Assembly: GCA_951406725.2 (NCBI GenBank)
Contig: OX597826.1
Coordinates: 3,286,001 to 3,350,000, forward strand
Reading direction: 5' to 3'
Origin: Octopus vulgaris
Taxonomy: Eukaryota
Length of the DNA stretch: 64,000 nt
The notes beneath the pieces are model-generated. The model searched no databases. It saw only the letters and a list, made by a program, of their open reading frames with translations, and was not told the DNA's origin. Positions 13,601 through 25,315 of this stretch are shown piece after piece; positions within the stretch are counted from its first letter, which is position 1, and every line of letters starts with the position of its first letter. The translations under genes were made by a program, and so were the position numbers.

Positions 13601-14989
13601 TTTCGAACTCGGAGACGACACTGAGTCCTGATATTTTATGTTTGAAAATTATCATTACTGAGCAGCCATTACAGTGTTTTCTTTTTACTACCAAATGACA
13701 ACAGAACAACTTATTCTTCGGAGTCTGCAAGGAAATATATATGCATTTGGTTGGCCTGTTATAAATAACAATGAAATCTCCCTTAAACAACACCATGTGT
13801 TTTTAAAAGAAAAATGCAGATTTTGGATAATGTATATGAAGTACAGATGAGTTCTAAAAGCAAACGACCCGGTGGTCACGGCTGGAACATCTTCGAACAT
13901 AGATATGGTTGATCAGAATTATCCTAATTCTAAAACAAAACACGGAATAATAACTACCACTGCTACTTATCTTGGAATAATAAAAAAAAACAAAAAAACA
14001 TTAGTATGTTCATAAGACAAAAAAAAAAGGAGAAGAGCCTCGTAAATAAATGAGTGACAAAAGTAGCGAGTAGAGCAGGTGGTTAATTGTATCTAGTTTG
14101 GATCCCCTACTGTTATATTTTGAAATCGATTTTGTGTTCTGAACCGTTGCGGATCGACGAAATAAATAGCGTTGTTATAATTGGAAAGAATTCAATCGAT
14201 TTATAACATTGCCTTGTAACAGAACTGATCATTGGTCTTGTGCCTCGTCAAATGAAATCAATAACATATAAAACGTCTTAACACAACTACGCTTGCATTA
14301 TCGATGATTTGATTCACAGCTTCGTAACTTCCAATTACATTGGTCTGCATCCAACCATCACCGTTTCTAAAGACTAAGTTCTGCCTTCATGTGACGTATT
14401 TTGACTAATTAGCAGCACGTGGCTACAGGTGCATATCCACTTCTGTAAAGATGAAAAAATAAAAAAAAGATAAACAAAGAACAACGTTCATATAAATGCG
14501 CACACAAATCCAAAACAATTACGTTTTGTTCTGTGATCTGAGGCTTCATCGTGAATACACGCAGAGTCGTGTAAAAACTACGTAGTGGTATAGTGACAAG
14601 AACAGGTTTCAAATAATTAGAGCAATGTTCGAATAACAGAAATAACCTACACATTTTTAGACACGATTCTTTGGATCTTCCTTCAAAGTAAATATAGTGG
14701 ATGCTCACTTTTGGTTTAAAAACGAACTCAATGCAACACGTAATGTGGACTACAGATCATGAAATGTACAAAAGTACAAAATATTAACAATAGATTTGTC
14801 ATTATGAAAAGCTATTATTTGACGCTTCAACAATATTAATAATAACTCTATGAATTGCGACACTACAGAAACGCTTATATATTGGTTTTATCTATTTATT
14901 TATTTTTGCTAAATCCCTTATTATTTAGAGTTGTGATCAAAATGATGTTTGCATGAAGAATGTCTACCCTCGTTGCTTGTAATTTCATA

Positions 14990-15398
14990 GGTAAAGTCGT
15001 GTCTGTGTGGTATGAAGCTTGCTTCTCAACCACATGGTTCTGGGTTCAGTCCTACTGCATGTCATTTTAGGCGAGTGTCTTCTACTGTAGCCTTGGGCCG
15101 ACCAGACCTTGTGGGTGGACTTGCTAGACGGAAACTGAAAGAAGCCCGTGATATACATATATATATGTGTATATCTATGTATTTGTTTTTTTCTGACTGT
15201 GTTTGTTCCGCACCACCGCTTGACTACTGGTGTTGGTATGTTTACGTCCCCGTAGCTTATAGTTTCGGGGAAACCGTAAAATAAGACCTAGGCCTTAAAA
15301 AATAAGTTCTGAAATCGATTTGTTCGACGAAAACCTTTCAACGCGTTGCATCAGCATGGTCGCGGTCTAATGTGTGAAAAGGGTAAAAGATAAAAGAT
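14990..15398 (+). mobile_element. SINE family A (diverged)
   Basis: Colinear similarity to 431-895, including B-box and tail. Confidence 0.8.
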
Positions 15399-15468
15399 AC
15401 TGTATTTATATTAATAGATACTGTATTTATATTAATATTATATTGATAGATACTGTATTTATATTAAT

Positions 15469-16105
15469 AGCCAACATGGCAGTCCAGATAAATAGGACGA
15501 ATACGGCCGTTGATTAGCTCCAAAAGGCCAGAGGAACAGGGGAGGTCAGCAGCTTCCCCTTGCTGGTCTGGACACAGGTTTGTGTCTCACATAGCTAGCT
15601 AGAGGGGATGGTCTCTTGGAGCTAATGAACGACAGCATTCGTCCTATTTATCTGGACTGCCATGTTAGCTTAGCGATAACTATTAATATCCAGTACCGCT
15701 GCCGTAGTTTCCTTTAGAGAGAATTAGAAATATTAATATTTCTATTTTTGAAAACCAGTAGATGTATTCCACTGAATTTAGGTAATTGATCCTTCGAACA
15801 GTCAGTCAGAAGCGACGCCTACTGGATTCAACTACTCGGCATTGATAAGAGGCAAACACCTCGAAACTAGTCTGTGGATGCCAGACCAGCAAGGGAAAGC
15901 TGCTGACCTCTCCTGTTCGAAGGTTATAATGGACACAGGTTTGTGTGTCACATAGTGAGCTAGAGGCGATGGCCTCTTGGAGCTAATGAACGGCAGCATT
16001 CGTCCTATTTATCTGGACTGCCGTGTTGGCTTGGAGATACTTCTTAATATCCAGTACCGCTGCCGTAGTCTCCTCTAGAGACAATTAGAAATAATGATAT
16101 TTCTA
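15469..16105 (+). mobile_element. Retrozyme-like element 1: inverted partial copy plus about 1.5 direct units of 361 bp
   Basis: TGGACACAGGTTTGTGT at 15569 and 15930; 15469-15571 is an internally deleted reverse complement of the unit; TACTGTATTTATAT flanks both sides (15451 and 16104). Confidence 0.8.
15822..15884 (+). ncRNA. Type I hammerhead ribozyme motif (U3:A8 variant)
   Basis: GCA-TTGATAA-GAGG caaaca CCTC-GAAA-CTAG-TC-TGT; outer helix I CTGGATTC/GGAT(G)CCAG; predicted cleavage after GUC at 15872. Confidence 0.7.
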
Positions 16106-16308
16106 CTGTATTTATATATATGCAGAAATGAATCATGTTCTTCGTTGTCTTAGACGATAACGTGTCATTTGAATGAGATTTTACATGTAAGAAAATTGAC
16201 CATAGATACACTCAGAGACACACTAAATAGGTTTTGATTTAAATACGGATGTGAAAACAACGGAATGACATAGAATGATGTGTATTCCCATAACCATTTG
16301 AAATTCAA

Positions 16309-16518
16309 TTACTCTTTAACTCTTAAATTTGTTTCAGTCATTTGTCTGCGGCCATGCTGGAACACCGCCTTTAGTTGAGCAAATCGACCTTAGGACTTAG
16401 TCTTTGTAAGCCTAGTACTTATTCTATCGGTTTCTTGTGCCGAACCGCTAAGTTACGGGGACGTAAACACACCAGCATCGGTTGTCAAGCGATGTTGGAG
16501 GGACAAACACAAACATAT

Positions 16519-16574
<56 letters not shown>

Positions 16575-16735
16575 GACGGGCTTCTTTCACTTTCCATCTA
16601 CCAAATCCACTCACAAGGCTTTGGTCAGCCGGGGCTATAGTAGAAGACACTTGCCCAAGGTGCCACGCAGTGGGACTGAACCCGGAACCATATGGTTTGT
16701 AAGCAAGCTGCTTACCACACATCCACTCCTGCGCC
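16309..16735 (-). mobile_element. SINE family A
   Basis: Full-length reverse-complement copy. Confidence 0.9.
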
Positions 16736-17254
16736 TGCGTAATTCATAAAAAAGGATAAGAAAATATTTGGTCAAACGAATATTTTCATGAATTTCAAAA
16801 CGAGGATATCCTGTAGAGGCTAAGAGATTTCATATTACGAATTATTATTTATTACTGGATTAACAAGTTTCAGTGATGCATGAAGGGCAGCATGATTACA
16901 TCTTAGACTAACTAGATATATCTAATCTAGCCAAATTAGACTAGCTGCGTGTTAGTGTTAAAAATAAATTCACTTCTTATACTTTAGAAGTTGTAGGATC
17001 TATTTTTCGATGTTATAGACTCACAAAATATAAATTTTAATACCAGGATTTACGTTATTCTGATGAGTGACAAGCAAACAGGAATTGAACGAAGAAACCG
17101 ATTTATGCACACGTATCCGACACACATGATTGTGCACGAATGCACATGCAGACGTTCGCATTTTTATGAATACCTGTGTATGTCTAAGTATGTTGTGAGT
17201 CTGTGCGTTTGTGTGTGCGTGATTATTTACATACTAGTGTGTGTGCGTGTATTT

Positions 17255-17297
<43 letters not shown>

Positions 17298-17389
17298 CCT
17301 TTCTGCTTCCATCTTTCCTGAGCGCCTATTAATAATAATACTGTAATTGTTCCACGTGTTGTTGTTTTTTCTGTTTTCCCGTTTGGATT

Positions 17390-17476
<87 letters not shown>

Positions 17477-17811
17477 TATACCTATGACATCGATCAAGCT
17501 ATCTATCTATATAAACACACATATATATCTGTGTACATATATGTGTGTGTGTTAGTATTTGAGGGTGTGTTTATATGTACGCATCTACACGTGCAGGTGA
17601 GTATGCCTGAATTCACGCGGGGAGGTATAACCGTTAAATATACAGCAGCTAAATACCTCGTGATTCCCCGACACTCATATCTGTCTCCTTCAGTGTTGGC
17701 CTTGTCGATCTCAAATAGTAAGTGGCAAATGAATGTTTTTTCATTCTAAAAATAAACTTGATATGCATTTAACCCATTTCCTCTGCACAGCACACGCGCC
17801 CGTATATACAC

Positions 17812-17873
<62 letters not shown>

Positions 17874-18045
17874 ACATCTGTATATGTATGTGTATGTATG
17901 TATGTATTCATGCACATGCATATAGTCTTCATAGTATTTATATACATATCGAGGCATATATAAATTTGCATATATCTATACACATACGTTTATATGCATG
18001 TGTATAAATAAATGCAATTCCTAAACGTGCACTCGTGTAAGTGAA

Positions 18046-18077
<32 letters not shown>

Positions 18078-19299
18078 AACACACTTACATACACACGCAT
18101 TTATATATATACATATATATGTATATATATACATATACATATACATATACATACAGATATAGATTTGCATGTATATACATATTAATATATTCATACCTAC
18201 ACTTATGGTGGTATGTGCATTCATGCATGCATACACACACACACACGCGCGCACACACACGCGCACACACACACGCGCACACACACACTCAATAATATAA
18301 ATATATGCGCGTGTGTGTGTATACACGTACGTATATGTATATATATATATCCCTATATATTCGTACATACACGCAGATAAACAAAAAGCACATATGTGCT
18401 CATGACTCTTTGTATTAGTAGGAATTACACACGAATATCTGTCATTTGATTCCTGCGAGAATGAAATATATTTTGACGTATCGCGAATCACGAATCTGTC
18501 AGTTGCTGCGTAAGCGAGTTGCCTTTATGCTACAATGAGTTCACACCTACTAAGCAGCGACTGTTTCCTCGACACAGTTAACGGTTATTCCATCGATTTT
18601 CTGCGAGTTTATGAATTGGAAAACATCAGCCATTTCTAAAAATGTCTCACGTATCAAAACATCATATCTGCATCCGTTGAACAGATTTAGAAATAATCCA
18701 CCGTTATATGAATACATTATAATTATTTAGGGAAAATTCGCTTTTTATGGTATCAGGTTTGCTACAACTTTCTTCCAATAAATATATGTGCGTGACTCTG
18801 TGTGTTCGCTCGTGCGTGTGCGTGTGCGCGTGTGTGAGTGTGTGTGCACGCGTGTGTGAGTGTGTGTGTTTGTATAGAAAGCTTTCCTCATCTCAACACT
18901 AACCCTCGCACTATTTCTCTTTTCAATTTCTCTCTTTCGCTCTCTATCTCCCCCTCTCTCCCTCTTTAGTTGAGAGAAGGCTCCACGCTATATTCAAGGT
19001 ATGTATTTTGGATGCAGACACACTACAAAATGCTGATAGGCATCAAGAATGGTCTACAGAATATGATTCAGAATAACATTGTTTCCGTTTTTACTGCTTT
19101 CAAATCTTGCAGTGTATTGCTTGCCTGTTTTACGGTCGTTAGGGGAAACGGGTTTCTGCAGAACTCATGTGGCCTAACTTCGTTCTAAACAATTTCTCTT
19201 TACCATAAAAAGAATGATGGAAAGTAGAGAGTTAATGGATCCGATAGAATCTTTTTTTTGTTTGCTTTATCTTTCTTAGGTCCCTACGCCAGGGGCTCA

Positions 19300-19510
19300 T
19301 TTGAAGTCAGAGTAACATCGCACAATCGTTAAAACGCGGAGAAAAATGCTTAGCGGTATTTCGCCCGTCGCTATGTTCTGAGTTCAAATTCCGACGAGGT
19401 GGACTTTTCCTTTCATCCTTTCAGGGTCTGTAAATTAAGTACCGGCGAAAAACTGGGGTTGATGCAATTGATTATCTCCCTGCCCTAAATTTCAGCCCTT
19501 ATTTCAGCTA

Positions 19511-19512
<2 letters not shown>
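19300..19512 (+). mobile_element. SINE family C (diverged)
   Basis: GAGTTCAAATTCCGACGAGG...CCTTTCATCCTTTCAGGG core. Confidence 0.75.
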
Positions 19513-19569
<57 letters not shown>

Positions 19570-19790
19570 GAGTAGTTTTATTTTTATAGCGTGCTTTCAC
19601 TTCACTACCGAGCGCAGCTCTGTGTGCCTTGGGTATGTGCTGTGGTTTCCTGTGATGCTCTGATGGTTATTGTATGGAAAGTGTTCTGCGTAGGATGTGT
19701 GCAGTGCCTAGTAGTGCCATTTTCTGTATATTATTTATATTTGTAAGTCCTGGTGTTTTTGTTATGTATTTGTCTGGTTAATTTTTTGAA
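19570..19790 (-). mobile_element. R4/Dong-clade LINE, 5'-truncated 3' end
   Basis: Minus strand encodes ...IQKMALLGTAHILRRTLSIQ* and a 3' UTR matching 30900-31057; (ATT)n on both sides. Confidence 0.85.
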
Positions 19791-19866
<76 letters not shown>

Positions 19867-19870
19867 AATA

Positions 19871-19916
<46 letters not shown>

Positions 19917-19953
19917 CATTATTATTATTATTATCATCATTATTATTACTATT
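19791..19953. repeat. (ATT)n microsatellite
   Basis: Long trinucleotide run; another run at 19513-19569. Confidence 0.97.
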
Positions 19954-19954
19954 A

Positions 19955-20150
19955 AGGTGATGGGTTTGCAAAATTGATAGTACGCCGGTTTGAAATGCTT
20001 AGTGGCAATTATTCCGGTTATTTACAAGTTCAGAGTTCAAATACCGGAGCGGTCAATTTTGTGTTCGGTCACTCTAGGCATGAAAAACTAGGATCGATAC
20101 AATCGATTAAACCGCAGTATTGCTGATCTTGAGCCTAGATTACAAACAAA
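19955..20150 (+). mobile_element. SINE family C (old, diverged)
   Basis: GGTGATGGGTTTGCAAAA head, GAGTTCAAATACC B-box, GATCGATACAATCGATT module. Confidence 0.55.
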
Positions 20151-20151
20151 A

Positions 20152-20491
20152 CTAGCAATATGACCCGGCAACGCCGCGTCATAGTGCTAGTGCATGCATA
20201 TACAGCTGCGTGCATGTGCACATACATGCGTCCAATCACATAGAGCTAGCTGGCATTCAATTGGCATATCAAGTTTCGGGCATTTTGATTGGGTTTTGGA
20301 TAGAGAATTCACAAAAAAGTCACTTCTATTGATTTTTTAATGGCTTTGCAGGGTGACTGGGGAAATGTAAAAATGTGTGTCGACCATCCTTAGACGGTTT
20401 TGAATGACCATAGAAAGTGCGAGCCCTCTAACTAAAAAATTGTGGATTTGTATAAAGGACACACACAGACATTTTGCCGTTTATATATAGA
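20152..20491 (-). mobile_element. Non-autonomous Helitron
   Basis: Minus strand begins TCTATATATAAA and ends with hairpin ATGACGCGGC-GTT-GCCGGGTCAT then ATTGCTAG; inserted between A and T with no TSD. Confidence 0.88.
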
Positions 20492-20536
20492 TATTTTTTC
20501 TCATTATCTTTGTTATTTAGACGTTAATGTAACAGT

Positions 20537-21020
20537 GAAGGCGCATGGCTTAGCAGTCAGAGCTTCGAGCTTACGATCGTGAGGTTGCGAGTTCGATTCT
20601 CGTATCGGGCTGCGTGTTCTGCTCTTCTTGAGCAAGACACATATATATGTATATATACGTTGAAGCTAAGAACTATTTTAGATATAACAAACGCTAGCCC
20701 GGATTACACAGCGAATCTGAGATTCTAGAAAAAAACATAGAGACAGAGATCAGAGAAGACTCTTCGAAATTGCCGGGTTTTAGTTACATGTTTTTGTGCC
20801 CTTCTTGAGCAAGGCACTTTGCTCAAGAAATAAGTTGCGACATCACTAGTGCAAAGCTGTATCGGCATTTCCCTTGGATAACACTGGTGACGTGGAGAGG
20901 GGATGCTGGTATGAATGGGCAACTGCCGACCTTCCATAAACAACCTTGCCCGGACTTGTGCCTCGGAGGGTAACATTCTAGGTGCAATCCCATGGTCATT
21001 CATGACCGAAGTGGGGTCTC
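20537..21020 (+). mobile_element. Family-B-related SINE, tail type 5, interrupted by an insertion at 20641-20800
   Basis: GGCGCATGGCTTAG...GAGTTCGATTC head; its tail also occurs in reverse at about 42636-42775. Confidence 0.75.
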
Positions 21021-21146
21021 AATGTAGCTGTTGTACACGCCAAATGATTAGTAAAATACAGAGTAACCGTGATATTTTAATTACACAGCTTTTTCAATAT
21101 TTCAAATAAGTAACCCATCATTAGTGCATCAATTGCTGAACAGTAA

Positions 21147-21147
21147 T

Positions 21148-21182
<35 letters not shown>

Positions 21183-21200
21183 TTACTACTACTACTACTT

Positions 21201-21289
<89 letters not shown>

Positions 21290-21442
21290 GCTGCTGCTAC
21301 TACTGCTGCTGCTACTACTACTACTGCTGCTGTTGCTGCTGCTGCTACTACTGCTACTACTACTATTACTACTTGCTACTACTACTACTACTACTACTAC
21401 TGCTGCTGCTGCTACTACTGCTACTACTACTATTACTACTTG

Positions 21443-21488
<46 letters not shown>

Positions 21489-21557
21489 GACTACTACTAC
21501 TGCTGCTACTACTGCTGCTACTACTACTACTACTACTACTACTACTAATACTACTAC
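21147..21557. repeat. (TAC)n/(TGC)n compound microsatellite
   Basis: About 410 bp trinucleotide tract. Confidence 0.97.
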
Positions 21558-21616
21558 AGAATAAAACAGCTGCGGTAAGAACAGGTTCAAAACTAAACAA
21601 CGATAATCATCATGTA

Positions 21617-21797
21617 ATATTTATTTCTTTATTGCCCACAAGGTGCTAAATATAGAGGGGGCAAACAAGGACAGATAAAGAGATTAAGTCCATTACATCG
21701 ACTCCAGTGCGTTAACGGTACGTAAATAATCGATCCCGCAAGGATGAAAGGTGAAGTCGACCCCGGCAGAATTTGAAGTCAAAACGTAACGGCAAAA
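21617..21797 (-). mobile_element. SINE family C, 5'-truncated
   Basis: Core and tail match 6513-6742. Confidence 0.8.
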
Positions 21798-21877
21798 ATA
21801 TTTCTTCATTATAAATAATGAAGTTTTGTTAATGATAGCAACAATAACATTAATGACAACATAATAAATAAATTAAA

Positions 21878-22056
21878 ATGATGATGATGATGATGGTGAT
21901 GTGAAATGGTGGTGAAGATGAGGAAGATGATGATGATCATGATGATGATGATATAATGGTGATGATGATGATGATGATGACGATGATGATGATGATGATG
22001 AAGATGATGATGCTGATATGATGGTGTTGATATGAGGGTGATGATGATGATGATAT
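21878..22056. repeat. Degenerate (GAT)n microsatellite
   Basis: GAT/GGT/GAA trinucleotide tract. Confidence 0.9.
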
Positions 22057-22177
22057 GAAGGAGGAGAACGAGGAGGACGTGAAATGGGGTCCAGAAAACG
22101 GATGGTGGCGGTGGTCGTTGTGGGAGCGCTGCTGAACCTGACGATAAAGTGACGATAAAGCTGACGACGATTATAAT

Positions 22178-22413
22178 GATACCTATTTCTTTACTACCCA
22201 CAAGGGGCTAAACACAGAGGGGACAAACAAGGACATAACAAGGGATTAAGTCGATCACACCGACCCCAGTGTGTAACTGGTACTTTAATTTATCGACCCC
22301 TAATGGATGAAAGGCAAAGTCGAACTCGGCGGAATTTGAACTCAGAACGTAACGGCAGAGGAAATCCTGCTAAGCATTTCGCCCGGCGTGCTAACGTTTC
22401 TGCCAGCTCGCCG
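22178..22413 (-). mobile_element. SINE family C
   Basis: Full-length reverse-complement copy. Confidence 0.88.
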
Positions 22414-22931
22414 GTATCGGCGGTGATAATGATGCTGATGCTGATACTGACGACGTTAATGATGAGGGCAACGACCACTGTAATGCTGAGGGCAACGACA
22501 AGGCTCACGTAATTCCTTTGAAAAGGCAACTGTACATACAAGCAAGTTCGACGACATTTAAGTTACGTTTAGTTCCATTTAAAACATTTATTTCGGTCGT
22601 TTCAAAAAGAGTTTAAAACAAACATATTTAACGACGACAAAAGCAATTTGTTATTGGAATCATGTGACATTCGTTAAAACGAAGGACGGTATCGTTAGTA
22701 GCATGGATAAATACCATCAATGCGTATGCGTATGCCAATAATATACTTGGCTCTTTTAATATGTGTGATATATCTGGTTATGTACACATGCATAACATAT
22801 GGATATATATATATATATATATATGTATAATGTATCTATCGATATATATGTATGTATATATATATATTCATCAATGTCATCGACTCACCGTCACGGTGCC
22901 CTTAACCTGCAAAGGGAGGTAATTCCCCGAT

Positions 22932-23005
22932 GAAGCGGAAACCACACACGGACCATGGTTTCAAGGTGTATTGCCTATCACCGGCGTGTGGTAGGCCTCC
23001 GCTTC
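22932..23005 (-). ncRNA. Hammerhead motif, inverted copy (CCGGUGA core, probably inactive)
   Basis: Reverse complement of 23412-23485 with an A6G change. Confidence 0.6.
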
Positions 23006-23411
23006 CTCGACGAATTCTCACTCTGCAGGATTTTCTTATATAGATTTTCAAGCAAAATACATTTGCTGATTTCGAAAATCTGTTCGAAAGCAATAATAAT
23101 TCTCTAAAAGGGATATAGACAGTAACTGCTCGATAACATAAGGGACTAAAGCCATCTGAATATGGCTAGGGACAGGGCAGGGTGGTGGGGGTGTTACTGT
23201 TGCATTTAGCCCCAGGCGAACATCGACGTCACCAGAAAGGCTCGTCCCTAGCCATATTCAGATGGCTTTAGTCCCTTATGTTATCGAGCAGTTACTGTCT
23301 ATATCCCTTTTAGAGAATTATTATTGCTTTCGAACAGATTTTCGAAATCAGCAAATGTATTTTGCTTGAAAATCTATATAAGAAAATCCTGCAGAGTGAG
23401 AATTCGTCGAG

Positions 23412-23485
23412 GAAGCGGAGGCCTACCACACGCCGATGATAGGCAATACACCTTGAAACCATGGTCCGTGTGTGGTTTCCGCTTC
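23412..23485 (+). ncRNA. Type I hammerhead ribozyme motif (U4C core variant)
   Basis: CACACG-CCGATGA-tAGG caataca CCTt-GAAA-CCATGG-TC-CGTGTG; extended helix I GAAGCGGAG/TTCCGCTTC; predicted cleavage after GUC at 23466. Confidence 0.75.
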
Positions 23486-23770
23486 ATCGGGGAATTACCT
23501 CCCTTTGCAGGTTAAGGGCACCGTGACGGTGTCGAGCCTTCTGGTGACGTCGATGTTCGCCTGGGGCTAAATGCAACAGTAACACCCCCACCACCCTGCC
23601 CTGTCCCTAGCCATATTCAGATGGCTTTAGTCCCTTATGTTATCGAGCAGTTACTGTCTATATCCCTTTTAGAGAATTATTATTGCTTTCGAACAGATTT
23701 TCGAAATCAGCAAATGTATTTTGCTTGAAAATCTATATAAGAAAATCCTGCAGAGTGAGAATTCGTCGAG

Positions 23771-23844
23771 GAAGCGGAGGCCTACCACACGCCGGTGATA
23801 GGCAATACACCTTGAAACCATGGTCCGTGTGTAGTTTCCGCTTC
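23771..23844 (+). ncRNA. Hammerhead motif, second direct copy (CCGGUGA core)
   Basis: Same fold as 23412-23485, with G at 23795 and A at 23833. Confidence 0.6.
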
Positions 23845-24045
23845 ATCGGGGAATTACCTCCCTTTGCAGGTTAAGGGCACCGTGACGGTGTCGAGCCTTT
23901 CTGGTGACGTCGATGTTCGCCTGGGGCTAAATGCAACAGTAACACCCCCACCACCCTGCCCTGTCCCTAGCCATATTCAGATGGCTTTAGTCCCTTATGT
24001 TATCGAGCAGTTACTGTCTATATCCCTTTTAGAGAATTATTATTG

Positions 24046-24083
<38 letters not shown>

Positions 24084-24178
24084 AATGTATCTATCGATAT
24101 ATATATATGTATAATGTATCTATCGATATATATATATGTATATATATATATATTCATCAATGTATCTATCTATCGGTA

Positions 24179-24233
<55 letters not shown>

Positions 24234-24444
24234 AGATACAAAGTTACATTACTGAATATATATGTTTATGTGTATGTTGGCTGAGAGAAAGGTAGATAGG
24301 GAAATAGAAAGAAAGAAATAAATATATATATAGGAAGCTAGATCAATAGATATATAGATGATAGCTTATCTAGGTAGATAGATAGAAAGATTTCTGGATA
24401 GATTGACATTTAAATGTATTGATAGATAGATAGATCGATCGATC

Positions 24445-24487
<43 letters not shown>

Positions 24488-25047
24488 TTTATAAATTCCG
24501 TAAATAGCACTGGAGAAAGAAGTAGTGTAGAATTCAGAAAATTCGAAGCCAAGGCGGAATAATATACGTTGAAGCTAAGAACTATTTTAGATATAACGAA
24601 AGCTAGCACGGATTACACAGCGAATCTGAGATTGTAGAAAAAAACAGAGACAGAGATCAGAAAAGACTCTTGGAATTTGCTGGGTTTTAGTTACATGTTT
24701 TTTTTTTTCTTTCTATATTGGAATTTCAAATATTTCAGGAAATCTCAACTAAATATAGGTGTGGCGTCTTCGTACTTGCCGGAAAATATGCATGACACGT
24801 TTCAAGCTAAACTTATTGATGTATTCTAAACTTGATTCCTATATTTGATAGTTACATGTATCGGAAAAATTATGGCTACGACTATCTGTACGAGACATTA
24901 TATCACTGCCGTGAATGTCTCCAACTACTAATGCTGAATGCCAGAACTGAGCGTACGCACTTCTGAAAGATGAAAATAACTTAAAATTTGGAATATATAT
25001 ATTAGCATGTATGTGTCTGTGTGTTTGAATACATCAAGACATACATG

Positions 25048-25169
<122 letters not shown>

Positions 25170-25278
25170 ATATATATATACATATATATATGTATGTATA
25201 TATATATATACATATATATATGTATGTATATATATATAATATACATATATATACACACACACACATATATATATATAG

Positions 25279-25315
<37 letters not shown>

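Larger units (their letters stand above)
22886..24047 (+). mobile_element. Retrozyme-like element 2: one inverted 359-bp unit (22886-23244) plus about 2.2 direct units of 359-360 bp (23244-24047)
   Basis: GTCCCTAGCCATATTCAG at 23244, 23603 and 23963; units nearly identical; one hammerhead fold per unit; long duplicated flank at 22822-22877 and 24106-24163. Confidence 0.88.

Noticed and set aside
17050-17105. CTGATGAG followed by GAAGAAACC
   Set aside because: No supporting helices for a hammerhead.
23324-23874. Repeated 63-aa ORF (MLSNRFSK...) in three copies
   Set aside because: Starts at TTG, has no recognisable domain, and repeats only because the DNA unit repeats; the RNA fold explains the unit better.
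22886-24047. CRISPR-like or ordinary satellite interpretation of the tandem array
   Set aside because: No repeat-spacer structure, eukaryotic context, and an inverted copy plus flank duplication that indicate an insertion event.
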